Shown one piece after another: positions 43,117 to 53,737 of a stretch of 64,000 bases of DNA. The notes beneath the pieces are model-generated. The model had not been told where the DNA came from, made no database searches, and was given only the letters and a program-made list of their open reading frames with translations. The DNA is from a candidate division WOR-3 bacterium (GTDB lineage Bacteria; Hydrothermota; Hydrothermia; LBFQ01; DSFT01): the NCBI GenBank assembly GCA_025060695.1, contig JANXBH010000009.1:584-64583 (forward strand). The letters run 5' to 3'. Every line of letters begins with the position of its first letter. The stretch's first letter is position 1. The translations under genes and the position numbers were made by a program.

Positions 43117-44222
43117 ATTCCCCTAACCCCCTTTTTAACATTTACTAAGCCTCCTCTCCTTTTATATATTTTACCATCTTCAGTCCTAACTATAAAATCA
43201 TAGTAATAAACACCTTTCCCCACATATCTACCCTCTTCATCTACTATGTGCCAATATATACACTCACTTGGGGGATTATCATCACCCCAATAAGTTTTAT
43301 AAACTTTACCCCATCTATTAGTTATATTAAATGTCCATCTAGTAATTTTTGAAGGTAGAATGTATCTAAAGCAAATTTTCGTTACGCTTGCTTCAGCTTC
43401 TGGTATAACCTCTACGATTTTAGGAGAGGACTCTGCCCATACCGTATGACCAAAAAACTTCACTGTCAAACCAAAAGTATAGACTTTATCTTTACTTTGT
43501 GCTTGAATATCATTAACACTTACATCACCAAGTATATCAACAGTATTATAAACATATAAGATGCCTAAACCTGCTGGAATTTTATGACCCAAGTCAGGAT
43601 TATATAAATAACCAAATCTTAAAAACAACGGATAAAGTGGAGATAACTCCATTCCTATAGACGCTAAATCCTGACTTTTTACATTTCTTGCCATAGTAGA
43701 GTTTAAATCCATAGTAAATGTCAAACTTCTTCCTATTACAGGTAATGGATAGTTTGCAACTTGAATACCAAATCTCAACTTTAACGCATTAGGTGTATCC
43801 AAATTTTCTGCAGTGAAACCAAACATAAAGTAATCACTAAAATAGAAACTAAACCCTCCATAAACATGAGGTCTTGGTTTTAGACTATCCTTTAACATAG
43901 TATCCTGAATATACAAATATTGAATACCCAAACCTATATTAAACCCACTAAAGTTCCTTGCTAATACTCCATAAATCATAGCGTTCCTTGTAGTATCCAA
44001 AACTCCACCTAGTCCAAGAGCTACAAATCTATTAGGAATAGCTATACCTCCACCATAATAGCCACTTTGAGAGTAAAAACCACCAATCATTACCCTCGTA
44101 GCCATAGAAGCTGCAGAAGGATTAAAGAATATACCATCTACTCTTTCTGCATAAGCATTATACGCATTAGCCATAGATACAGGATGCGGACCAAACATTA
44201 AACTATAAATTAAAATAAGCAT
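43113..44222 (-). CDS. PorV/FadL-like outer-membrane barrel fused to an FlgD-like Ig domain
   Basis: N-terminal GPHPVSMANAY.A.....GIFFNPSA plug motif; amphipathic beta strands (LFLRFGY); C-terminal WTFNI.N..G...K..W...IYW...D..G..V..GVYYY. Confidence 0.7.
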   Translation of the reverse strand: MLILIYSLMFGPHPVSMANAYNAYAERVDGIFFNPSAASMATRVMIGGFYSQSGYYGGGIAIPNRFVALGLGGVLDTTRNAMIYGVLARNFSGFNIGLGIQYLYIQDTMLKDSLKPRPHVYGGFSFYFSDYFMFGFTAENLDTPNALKLRFGIQVANYPLPVIGRSLTFTMDLNSTMARNVKSQDLASIGMELSPLYPLFLRFGYLYNPDLGHKIPAGLGILYVYNTVDILGDVSVNDIQAQSKDKVYTFGLTVKFFGHTVWAESSPKIVEVIPEAEASVTKICFRYILPSKITRWTFNITNRWGKVYKTYWGDDNPPSECIYWHIVDEEGRYVGKGVYYYDFIVRTEDGKIYKRRGGLVNVKKGVRGI

Positions 44223-44225
44223 CTT

Positions 44226-44762
44226 TTATAATTTTAAAGGATAAGTTTTAAGAATTTCATACTTAGGCCCTGAAGGATATAGAAAACTCTGAAAAAGAGC
44301 TATTTCTTTTACTTCAAAATCATCATTGAATTTTAGATTTACTACTTCCAAATTAAACGAATACAACGAATTCTTATTCCTTGCTATAGTTATATGAGGA
44401 CTAAAAGGTTTACTATCACCTAAATTATAAAAACTATCCATAACCTCTCTTGCAAGACAATCCAATTCTCTTGTGTTTTCAATACCTATCCAAATTACTG
44501 AAACTTTATCACCATAAATAGGAAATTTTCCAAGAGTAGCAAGTTTTAGACTAAACTTAGTATGATTCTTTGAAATTTCTTTTAGTTTATCGTCAATTCT
44601 ATAAACCATATCCTCTTCTACCTCACCAAGAAATTTTAAAGTCAAGTGATACAAGTTTGGAGAAACCCACTTAAAATTGTATTTTTTCATAAGTGGTTTT
44701 ACTAAGTTGTATATGCTATTTTTTATATGAAGTGGTAAATCAATACCTATAAACAATCTCAT
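44226..44762 (-). CDS. thpR: RNA 2',3'-cyclic phosphodiesterase (2H family)
   Basis: MRLFIGI, HLTLKFLG, PHITIAR. Confidence 0.93.
   Translation of the reverse strand: MRLFIGIDLPLHIKNSIYNLVKPLMKKYNFKWVSPNLYHLTLKFLGEVEEDMVYRIDDKLKEISKNHTKFSLKLATLGKFPIYGDKVSVIWIGIENTRELDCLAREVMDSFYNLGDSKPFSPHITIARNKNSLYSFNLEVVNLKFNDDFEVKEIALFQSFLYPSGPKYEILKTYPLKL
44231..44240 (-). promoter_or_regulatory. -10 box heading the PorV-like/Ton operon
   Basis: CCTTTAAAAT on the minus strand, 8 nt before ATG 44222, inside the 3' end of thpR. Confidence 0.65.
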
Positions 44763-44777
44763 TTAAAAACGCCAAAA

Positions 44778-47282
44778 TTATAAAGCCTCCACTCTACCAT
44801 AAGGTAAAAGTATTACATTATTTTCCTCAACAATCACTTTTTTATAATTACTATAAACTAACTTCAACTTGAAAGCTTTTATTAAATTTTCCAACTGCTT
44901 TGGTATATCTCCAAACCTATCTTTTAACTCCTCTTCTACTATTTCTATTTCTTTTATGAATTTTGCATTAACTATTTTTTCATAAAAATAAATCCTCATT
45001 TCCTCATCCTCTATGTATTCCTTTGGAATATACGCGGGCACTTTAATTTCTAATTCATTCTCGGAGTATTCTATATTCCTTAGTTCATAAATTGCCTTTT
45101 CAAGCATATCAAGATATAAATAAAATCCTACATTATGAGCATGACCTGATTGTTCAAAACCAAAAATATTACCTGCACCTCTAATTTCTAAGTCAGAAAG
45201 TGCAATATCATAACCACTTCCAAGATAGCTAAAATTTTCAATAACTTTTAATCTCTTAATAGCATTCTCATTTAAGTTATCATCTTCTATTAAAAAATAT
45301 GCATAAGCCTGCTTATCACTCCTTCCTACTCTACCCCTTAGTTGATGCAACTCGGAAAGTCCAAGTATTTCCGCTCTATGAACTATTATAGTATTTGCAT
45401 TAGGAAAATCTAAACCCGCATCAATTATATTGGTTGATACAAGAATATCTATCTTTTGCTCATAAAAGTCTAAAAATACACTTTCTATATCATTTCTTTT
45501 CATTCTTCCATGTATTAATCTAATCCTTGCACCTTTAAACATATTCTGAAGTTTATGAAAAATATCGTAAATACCATCAATTCTATTATATACATAGAAA
45601 ACTTGCCCTTTTCTTATTAATTCGTTTGAAATGGCATTTTTTACAATTTCATCACTATACTTATATACAAAAGTCCTTATGTCCTTTCTGTCCTTTGGAG
45701 GTGTTCTTATAATGCTAATATCCAAAAGACCCTTTAAAGCACTTGCTAAGGTTCTTGGAATTGGTGTAGCTGAAAGATATATAGTATCTACTAATAGATT
45801 TAAATTTCTTAACTTTTCTTTTTGTAAAACACCAAATTTATGCTCTTCATCAACTACAAGCAGTCCTAAGTCTCTAAATACAATGTCCTTGGATAAAAGT
45901 TTATGCGTCCCAATAACAATGTCTATACTTCCTCTTCTTAAGCCTTCTTTAATCTTTCTTACTTCCTCTTTTAATGTTAGTCTGCTAAGCATTCTTACTT
46001 CAACGCCAAATCTTTCTAATCTTGTCTTGAAGTTCCTATAATGCTGGTAAGCCAAAACTGTTGTAGGGACTAATACAGCAACCTGCTTATTATTCAATAC
46101 TGCTTTTAAACTTGCTCTTATTATAATCTCAGTTTTGCCAAAACCTACATCTCCAACAATTAGCCTATCTACAACCTTCTCACTTTCCATATCACTCAAA
46201 ACTTCCTCAATAGCTTTCTTTTGGTCCTGTGTTTCCTCATATGGAAAAGTTAATTTTAAAATTTCTTCTTCCTGAAATCTTTTGAACTTAAAACCTTTTT
46301 GACTTTTCCTTATTGATAACTTTGAAATTATTATACTTGCCTGTTTTTTTGCATGTTCATAAGCTTTTTTATAAACTCTCTTCCAAGTATTATCTGACAG
46401 GCTACTCATTTCTACATTTTTATCACCGAAATATTTTTTTATAAAATGTAAATTGTATATAGGAACAAAGAGAACACCATCTTTATATTGAATTTTAAAA
46501 AACTCTATTATTCCTCTAACTTCAGTTCCTAAAAATTTTCCTATACCATAGTCTTTATGGACAACTAAATCCCCTACACTAAGTGTTTTATAAACTTTAT
46601 AACTTCTCAAGTTTCCATGAAATCCAAGAGAAAATAGTGCAATTTTCTTCTTCATGTCAATAAAACTCTCACTAAACTCGCCCTTTATAACTTTAATTTC
46701 TTTATAAATTTTCTTAACGCTCTTAGCCCTCTCTCTATCTGAAGTTGCAAAATATACCCTATAACCTTTCTTTAAATAGTAGCTTATATCAATATTCTCC
46801 AGTTCATTCTTCAAAATTACTAATTTTATACTTTTTCTTACTGGTTTTACTACTTCCCTTACAACTAAAAAATTTTCACAATTTCCCTGACCTTTTATAA
46901 CTATATCAATTTCCTTTAAATTCATAAAACTTCTTTGATTATATACATCAAATGCCCTAATACTTTCTATAATATCGCCATCATACTCAACTCTAACTGG
47001 ATACTCATAACCATCAGGATAAATATCTAAAATATTTCCTCTTCTTGAGAATTCTCCTTCCTTTTCTACAAAATCTACTCTTAGATATCCACTGTCTATA
47101 AGAATGCTTATCAATTTATCCTGACTTAAACAACTTGAAACTGAAATTTTCAAAGTATTAAAATTGTGTATTTCATAATCACTTTTGATAAACTTTATTC
47201 TCCTTAAAATCTTTAACTCTCGGTCTTCATCTCCTATGTAAAAAATAATACTATACTTTTTTAGCAGTTTTCTTAGAATCAA
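44778..47282 (-). CDS. mfd: Transcription-repair coupling factor (short form)
   Basis: GEFSRRGNILDI, GDLVVH..YGIG, GDVGFGKT, DEEH, SATPIPRT, QLRGRVGR, TRCF domain. Confidence 0.93.
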   Translation of the reverse strand: MILRKLLKKYSIIFYIGDEDRELKILRRIKFIKSDYEIHNFNTLKISVSSCLSQDKLISILIDSGYLRVDFVEKEGEFSRRGNILDIYPDGYEYPVRVEYDGDIIESIRAFDVYNQRSFMNLKEIDIVIKGQGNCENFLVVREVVKPVRKSIKLVILKNELENIDISYYLKKGYRVYFATSDRERAKSVKKIYKEIKVIKGEFSESFIDMKKKIALFSLGFHGNLRSYKVYKTLSVGDLVVHKDYGIGKFLGTEVRGIIEFFKIQYKDGVLFVPIYNLHFIKKYFGDKNVEMSSLSDNTWKRVYKKAYEHAKKQASIIISKLSIRKSQKGFKFKRFQEEEILKLTFPYEETQDQKKAIEEVLSDMESEKVVDRLIVGDVGFGKTEIIIRASLKAVLNNKQVAVLVPTTVLAYQHYRNFKTRLERFGVEVRMLSRLTLKEEVRKIKEGLRRGSIDIVIGTHKLLSKDIVFRDLGLLVVDEEHKFGVLQKEKLRNLNLLVDTIYLSATPIPRTLASALKGLLDISIIRTPPKDRKDIRTFVYKYSDEIVKNAISNELIRKGQVFYVYNRIDGIYDIFHKLQNMFKGARIRLIHGRMKRNDIESVFLDFYEQKIDILVSTNIIDAGLDFPNANTIIVHRAEILGLSELHQLRGRVGRSDKQAYAYFLIEDDNLNENAIKRLKVIENFSYLGSGYDIALSDLEIRGAGNIFGFEQSGHAHNVGFYLYLDMLEKAIYELRNIEYSENELEIKVPAYIPKEYIEDEEMRIYFYEKIVNAKFIKEIEIVEEELKDRFGDIPKQLENLIKAFKLKLVYSNYKKVIVEENNVILLPYGRVEAL

Positions 47283-47353
47283 ATATTTATAACTGTTTGG
47301 AAGAAACTTTGAAAGAAGGATTTTAAAATTTTAATGGCTTTAAAATTTGGACT

Positions 47354-49030
47354 ATGGAAAATAAAGATTTAGAAAAAGTATACAGTGAGTGGTTAGAAAA
47401 AAAGAAAAAATTTCAAGACACTTCTAGACCTTCATATAGAACTATTTCAGGCATTCCTATAAAGGACATTTATACTCCAAAAGATATTGAAAATACAGAT
47501 TATCTTAAAGATATTGGCTTTCCGGGAGAGTATCCATACACAAGAGGTATTCACTATAATATGTATAGAGGTAAAATTTGGACAATGCGTATGTTTGCAG
47601 GATTTGGTAGAGCAAAAGACACAAACGAAAGATTTAAATTTTTAATTAAGCAAGGTCAAACAGGACTATCTACAGCATTTGATATGCCAACACTTATGGG
47701 CTATGATTCAGATGACCCAAGAGCTGAAGGAGAAGTAGGAAGAGAGGGTGTTGCAGTTGACACATTAGCCGACTTTGAAATTCTATTTGACGGAATAAAC
47801 CTTGCTGAGGTATCTACTTCATTTACTATAAACTCTCCTGCTATATTTATATATGCACTATATTTAGCTATTGCGGAAAAACAAGGTGTACCTTTTGAAA
47901 AAATTAGAGGAACATTACAAAACGATATACTAAAGGAATATCATGCACAAAATGAATTTATCTTTCCTCCTGAACCATCTGTTAAATTAATTGTAGACAT
48001 AATGGAATTTTCAAGTAGACATACTCCAAAGTTCAATACAGTTTCAGTTTCAGGTTATCATATTAGAGAAGCAGGCTCAACTGCTGTTCAAGAACTTGCA
48101 TTTACACTTGCGGATGGATTTGCATATGTTGAAGCGGGTATAAGAAGGGGTTTAGATGTAGATAGCTTTGCTCCAAGAATATCATTTTTCTTTAATGCAC
48201 ACATTGATTTCTTTGAGGAAATTGCAAAATATAGAGCAGCAAGGAGAATATGGGCAAGAGAAATGAAAAATAGATATAAGGCAAAAAATCCACAAAGTTT
48301 ATTATTAAGATTTCATACTCAAACTGCAGGCTGCTCTTTAACAGCACAACAACCTCTAAATAATATTATAAGAACTACAATTGAAGCTCTTGCAGCAGTT
48401 TTAGGTGGCACACAAAGTCTACATACCAATTCTTACGATGAAGCATTACAATTACCAAGTGAAGAGGCGGTAACCATAGCATTAAGAACACAACAGATAA
48501 TTGCGTACGAAAGTGGAGTAATTAACACTGTCGATCCATTAGCAGGAAGTTATTTTGTAGAAGCTTTAACTAACGAAGTAGAAAGACAGGCGTATGAATA
48601 TTTTAATAAGATTTTGGAAATGGGTAATGGCTCATTTTTGGATGGTGTAATAAATGCAATATATAGTGGTTATATCAAAAAGGAAATAGCTGATGCAGCA
48701 TATGAGTTTCAAAAAAGGGTAGAAGAAAAGGACTTTATAATTGTAGGAGTAAACGAATATATTGATGAAAACGAAACAATAGAACCACCTAAGTTTAAGA
48801 TAGAACACAAGACTGAAATAGAACAAAGGGAATTTTTAAAACATATAAAGGAAACAAGAGATAATTTATTAGTAAGGCATAAAATTGAAGAACTTAAAAA
48901 CGCAGCAAAAAGAGGAGACAACCTTGTTCCATATGTATTAGATGCAGTTAAAGTATATGCAACTGAACAAGAAATTATTGAAACATTAAAAAGTGTATAT
49001 GGAGTATTTAGAGAAGTGGTAGTATTGTAA
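47354..49030 (+). CDS. Methylmalonyl-CoA mutase family, N-terminal catalytic subunit
   Basis: [39 protein letters not shown]. Confidence 0.94.
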   Translation: MENKDLEKVYSEWLEKKKKFQDTSRPSYRTISGIPIKDIYTPKDIENTDYLKDIGFPGEYPYTRGIHYNMYRGKIWTMRMFAGFGRAKDTNERFKFLIKQGQTGLSTAFDMPTLMGYDSDDPRAEGEVGREGVAVDTLADFEILFDGINLAEVSTSFTINSPAIFIYALYLAIAEKQGVPFEKIRGTLQNDILKEYHAQNEFIFPPEPSVKLIVDIMEFSSRHTPKFNTVSVSGYHIREAGSTAVQELAFTLADGFAYVEAGIRRGLDVDSFAPRISFFFNAHIDFFEEIAKYRAARRIWAREMKNRYKAKNPQSLLLRFHTQTAGCSLTAQQPLNNIIRTTIEALAAVLGGTQSLHTNSYDEALQLPSEEAVTIALRTQQIIAYESGVINTVDPLAGSYFVEALTNEVERQAYEYFNKILEMGNGSFLDGVINAIYSGYIKKEIADAAYEFQKRVEEKDFIIVGVNEYIDENETIEPPKFKIEHKTEIEQREFLKHIKETRDNLLVRHKIEELKNAAKRGDNLVPYVLDAVKVYATEQEIIETLKSVYGVFREVVVL

Positions 49031-49033
49031 AGT

Positions 49034-50695
49034 TCATTCTTTATTTAGAAGTTTCTTTAAAATTTCGTAATGATTTCTAATTTCGCTATCATTCTGGTCT
49101 TTTTCATAAGCGGTTTTGATATACTTAAAGGCTTCTTCATATTCTCCCTTTTTAAATAGTGCCCATCCGAATGAATCTAATATTTTAGGATTGGTAGGAT
49201 CTAATTGTATTGCCTTTTTTAATAATTCAAAACCTTTTTCAATATCTAAATTCTCATTTACAAGCAAATAGCCATAGTTATTGTATATTTTTGAAGCAAA
49301 ATTTAGAATTTTCTTATCCACTGTTGTATCTATTATTGCTTGTATTGATTTTATACTCATTTCATAATACTTAATAGCAGTTTGAATTTTCCCCTCCTTA
49401 AAATACTCCTGTGCAAGTTGAAAATTCGCTTCATAGTCATCTGGTCGTTTTTGAACATATTCAATTAGTATCTCTTTATATAGAACATAATTTCCGCGTC
49501 TTTTATAAAAGTCCGCTAAATTTTTGTACCTTGTAGGGTTATTCTTATCAGCTCTTAATGCATTTTTAAAGTATTTTTCAGCAAGCTTTAGTTTATTCTG
49601 ATATTCAAAACTGTATGCAAGAATTGAATATGCGGAAGAATTCATCTTATTCAAGGTTAAGGCTATTTCCTTTAATTGCTCAAATTCTTTTTTATCTAAA
49701 AGTATATACATTTTCAAGATTTTATACTCATCACCGTAGTCTAAGACTTTATCTATCAAATCTAATGCCTTATCTTTCAAACCCAAGTTGTAATATGCTT
49801 CAGCTAAGAAAAAAACTATATGGGGTGAAAAAACTATTTCGTTAGCTATTGTGAAACTCTCTATTGCTTTTAAATATAAACTATCTAATTTTACTTTCTT
49901 TGCAAGATTATAATATGCATAGCCCATATACTCATAGAAAAAGCTCTCATCGCTATAGTGCTCTAGCACGGACTTACACACTTCAATAATGTCTTTGTAC
50001 TTCTCATATTTGTATAACATCTTTACTAAATACTCATAAAAATTTTTTCTTTCAGGTGTTGCATAAATATAAGCTCTCATCCCATAGTATATTGCGCTAT
50101 CTTTTATGCCGTTTTGATTATACATAGCAGTAAGTGCAAACAGAATTCTAAAGTGCTCGCTTTGGTATTTTAAAAATGTGTCAAAATTACCAGATAACTC
50201 TGCTTTACTTATTATACTATCTGATAGCCTCAAATAATATAGCGCTTTTGCATAGTCATGACTACTTTTAGAATGGACAAACTTGCTATATAATCCAATA
50301 GCATAATTTACCAAATTTTCTATTGAACTATCTATCTCGTAAACCTTTTTATAAATTACCAATGCATCATCAATTTTAGATAGTTTTTCTAAAAAGATAG
50401 CCTGATATTTTAAAAAGTTTATATTTTTAGGCATTAACAAGTATGCTTTCCTTGACCAATTATACGCACTTTTATAATCTCTCTGCGTTGAATATATCCT
50501 TATAATTAAATCATATGCACTATCATCGTCCTTTCTATATTTTATGTAATTTTTGAGAGTTTTTAAAGCTTTCTTATATTGCTCTTTTTTTATATAATAA
50601 TAAGCAAGCTGTTTTAAGGCTGAAATATTACCTTCTTTAAAGTCTTTTTTGTACTTAATTTCTAATGTATCGCTAAGAAGAATTAAAAATATCAC
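49034..50695 (-). CDS. TPR repeat protein
   Basis: NNYGYLL...[13 protein letters not shown] and multiple TPRs. Confidence 0.88.
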   Translation of the reverse strand: MIFLILLSDTLEIKYKKDFKEGNISALKQLAYYYIKKEQYKKALKTLKNYIKYRKDDDSAYDLIIRIYSTQRDYKSAYNWSRKAYLLMPKNINFLKYQAIFLEKLSKIDDALVIYKKVYEIDSSIENLVNYAIGLYSKFVHSKSSHDYAKALYYLRLSDSIISKAELSGNFDTFLKYQSEHFRILFALTAMYNQNGIKDSAIYYGMRAYIYATPERKNFYEYLVKMLYKYEKYKDIIEVCKSVLEHYSDESFFYEYMGYAYYNLAKKVKLDSLYLKAIESFTIANEIVFSPHIVFFLAEAYYNLGLKDKALDLIDKVLDYGDEYKILKMYILLDKKEFEQLKEIALTLNKMNSSAYSILAYSFEYQNKLKLAEKYFKNALRADKNNPTRYKNLADFYKRRGNYVLYKEILIEYVQKRPDDYEANFQLAQEYFKEGKIQTAIKYYEMSIKSIQAIIDTTVDKKILNFASKIYNNYGYLLVNENLDIEKGFELLKKAIQLDPTNPKILDSFGWALFKKGEYEEAFKYIKTAYEKDQNDSEIRNHYEILKKLLNKE

Positions 50696-52077
50696 TCCAT
50701 CGGTTTATAAAACTTATCTAAGTACTCTTTTGATATTCTTACCAATTCGCTTCTTGGGAGTATAGACAGGAGTTTCCAACCAATCTCAAATGTTTGCTCT
50801 ATACTTCTTCCTTCCCTTCTTTGATTTATCATTAACTTCTCAAATTCATCAGCAAATCTTATATACTTTCTATCTATTTCAGAAAGTGCGTCCTCTCCTA
50901 CAATAGCCGCAAGCCTTCTATTGTCCTTGCCTCTTGCATAAGCAGAAAATATCTGGTCGGACCACTGCCTGTGGTATCTTTCAGTCTTACCTTCACCAAT
51001 ACCATTATTCATCAATCTGGATAGTGAAGGTAAAATATCTATTGGTGGAAATACACCAATTCTATGCAATTCCCTTGAGAGAACTATTTGACCTTCTGTG
51101 ATATAACCTGTTAAATCTGGTATAGGATGGGTAATATCATCATCGGGCATAGTAAGTATTGGTATTTGTGTTACTGAACCCTTCTTGTTTTTAATTCTTC
51201 CTGCTCTTTCATAAATATTAGCTAAATCCGTATACATATAACCTGGATAGCCTCTTCTTCCGGGAACTTCTTCTCTTGCAGAAGATATCTCTCTTAATGC
51301 TTCGCAGTAGTTAGTAATATCAGTTAAAATTACAAGAACATGGTAGTCTAATTCAAATGCAAAGTATTCAGCTACCGTTAGTGCAAATCTCGGCGTTAGT
51401 ATTCTTTCAATAGTTGGATCATCAGCAAGATTAATAAATGCAATTAGTCTATTACTTGCTCCCATTTCTTCAAATTCTTGCTTAAAAAATGCATACTCCC
51501 TTTGAGTTATACCAATTGCACCAAATACTACCAAAAATTGTTCTCCCTCTCCCCTTACAGTTGCATATCTCATTATCATTGCAGCAATTTCATTTGCAGG
51601 CAATCCTGAACCTGAAAATATTGGCAATTTTTGACCCCTAACAAGTGTATTAAACCCATCTATCGCGGATATACCTGTTTGTATAAAGTCAGATGGCTTT
51701 TCTCTTGCAACAGGATTTATCGGAGAACCAACAATTGGTATTCTTTTTTCTGGAATTACAGGACCAAGTCCATCAATAGGTTCACCTCTACCATTGAATA
51801 TTCTACCTATCATATTTCTACTTACACCAAATCTTATAACGTCCTCAACAAGTCTTACTTTACAAGTCTTTACATCAAGTCCTAATGTTCCCTCAAGCAC
51901 CTGAATAACCGCAAAATCCTCAGTAATTTCTAAAACTTGACCACTCCTAACTATTCCTGTTTCAGTTTCTATCTGAACTAACGCTCCATAAGAAAGTTCC
52001 TTAGCATTTCTTACTACAAGTAGAGGTCCTGATATATAATCTACTGACGTATATTCCTTAATTGAAAGGTCAGTCAT
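50692..52077 (-). CDS. ntpB: V/A-type ATP synthase subunit B
   Basis: [50 protein letters not shown]. Confidence 0.95.
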   Translation of the reverse strand: MTDLSIKEYTSVDYISGPLLVVRNAKELSYGALVQIETETGIVRSGQVLEITEDFAVIQVLEGTLGLDVKTCKVRLVEDVIRFGVSRNMIGRIFNGRGEPIDGLGPVIPEKRIPIVGSPINPVAREKPSDFIQTGISAIDGFNTLVRGQKLPIFSGSGLPANEIAAMIMRYATVRGEGEQFLVVFGAIGITQREYAFFKQEFEEMGASNRLIAFINLADDPTIERILTPRFALTVAEYFAFELDYHVLVILTDITNYCEALREISSAREEVPGRRGYPGYMYTDLANIYERAGRIKNKKGSVTQIPILTMPDDDITHPIPDLTGYITEGQIVLSRELHRIGVFPPIDILPSLSRLMNNGIGEGKTERYHRQWSDQIFSAYARGKDNRRLAAIVGEDALSEIDRKYIRFADEFEKLMINQRREGRSIEQTFEIGWKLLSILPRSELVRISKEYLDKFYKPME

Positions 52078-52118
52078 GCTGAAATTTTAAACTACAAAAT
52101 AGCTTTAAAATTTTCCAA

Positions 52119-53060
52119 ATGCCTAAAAAAATTTTTTGGTTAATTTTTTTAAATAGTTGCATTAACCCATATGAAGGTATTTTATACCACCACCCTAAAA
52201 ATTGTGAGTTTAGGGTTTTAACAACTATTACTATTTTATACGATCTTGCAAAAGAAATTGGTGGCAATAGAGTATGTGTTGAAAGTCTTGTCCCTGTTGG
52301 AGGTGACCCACACAAGTATGAACCTATTCCATCAGATATAGTAAGAATTTCCAAAGCAGACATTATACTTGCCAATGGACATAACCTTGAAAATTGGCTA
52401 TTAAAATTACTATCTAATAAAAGAGAAGATGCAGTATATTATGAGGTAGCAGGAAATATAGAACCAGTAAACGATGATCCGCACTTATGGATGGATGTAA
52501 ACTATGCAAAATTATATGCAAAGAACATAAAAGAATTATTTTCTAAAATTGACAGAGAAGGAGCAAGAACTTACGAAATAAATTACGAAAGATATATAAG
52601 AAACTTAGATGAACTGAATAATTTTATAGTTTGTGTAGTTTCAAAGATATCAAAGGAAGATAGAAAGTTAGTGACAACACACGATGCTTTTAGTTATTTT
52701 GCAAGAAGATATGGCTTTGAATTTGTTGGAAGTATATGGGGTATATCCACTGAAGATGAACCTTCTATTAGGGAAATTAAAAATCTTATTGATTTAATTA
52801 AAAAAACAAATACCAAAGCTCTATTTATTGAAACAACTGTAAATCCAAAAATTATGGAGAGTATATCTAAAGAAACTGGTGTTAGAATGGGTGGGAAACT
52901 ATATGGCGACTCAATAGGCAAGGAAGGCTCTAATGCGGAAAATTATATAAAAATGCAAATATACAATATAATTACTATTTACGAAGGAATAACTAAAAAT
53001 AGATATAAAGGTGAGTGTGATGGTGAGCTTAAGAATATCAAATCTTACAGTATACTATGA
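52119..53060 (+). CDS. Mn/Zn/Fe ABC transporter substrate-binding lipoprotein (TroA-like)
   Basis: Lipobox LNSC, DPHKYEP, DPHLW, HDAFSYF. Confidence 0.93.
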   Translation: MPKKIFWLIFLNSCINPYEGILYHHPKNCEFRVLTTITILYDLAKEIGGNRVCVESLVPVGGDPHKYEPIPSDIVRISKADIILANGHNLENWLLKLLSNKREDAVYYEVAGNIEPVNDDPHLWMDVNYAKLYAKNIKELFSKIDREGARTYEINYERYIRNLDELNNFIVCVVSKISKEDRKLVTTHDAFSYFARRYGFEFVGSIWGISTEDEPSIREIKNLIDLIKKTNTKALFIETTVNPKIMESISKETGVRMGGKLYGDSIGKEGSNAENYIKMQIYNIITIYEGITKNRYKGECDGELKNIKSYSIL

Positions 53061-53736
53061 TATAAATCCGATTTTAATAGATGTTAACTTAGAATTTGAA
53101 AGTGGGAAGATTTATGGAATAATTGGACCTAATGGTGCAGGAAAAACTACTTTAATAAAGTCAATTTTAAATCTTGTTAAATACGAGGAAGGTGAAATAG
53201 TATTTTTTGATAGTATGAAATTTGAGAATGTAAGAAACAAAGTAGCATATATTCCCCAAAAGGAAGTTGTAGATTGGGATTTTCCTATTACAGTCTTTGA
53301 AGTAGTTTTAATGGGTAGATTTGTTCATTTAGGTTTATTTAAAAGACCTAAAAAATATGATTTGGAGATAACTGAGAAAGCACTAAGAGCATCAAATATA
53401 TATCATCTAAGGGATAGACAAATTTCAGAGCTTTCTGGTGGTCAACAGCAAAAGGTTTTAATTGCAAGAGCCATATGCCAAGAAGCTGATATATATCTAC
53501 TTGATGAACCATTTACTGCTATCGATATTTTAACTGAAAAAAAGCTAACTGAAATTTTAAGAAACTTAAAAAACCATGGAAAAACTATAATAATAATAGA
53601 TCATGACTTATCAAGAGCAAAAACTTACGATGAATTGGTTTTACTAAATAGGAGAGTTATAGCAAAAGGAAAGCCATCAGATGTATTAAATGATAAAAAC
53701 CTCTTTGAGCTATATAGTGAAAAGCTCTTAGTATAG
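53011..53736 (+). CDS. Metal ABC transporter ATP-binding protein
   Basis: GPNGAGKT, VDWDFP, LSGGQQQ, LDEPF. Confidence 0.93.
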   Translation: MSVMVSLRISNLTVYYDINPILIDVNLEFESGKIYGIIGPNGAGKTTLIKSILNLVKYEEGEIVFFDSMKFENVRNKVAYIPQKEVVDWDFPITVFEVVLMGRFVHLGLFKRPKKYDLEITEKALRASNIYHLRDRQISELSGGQQQKVLIARAICQEADIYLLDEPFTAIDILTEKKLTEILRNLKNHGKTIIIIDHDLSRAKTYDELVLLNRRVIAKGKPSDVLNDKNLFELYSEKLLV

Positions 53737-53737
53737 T

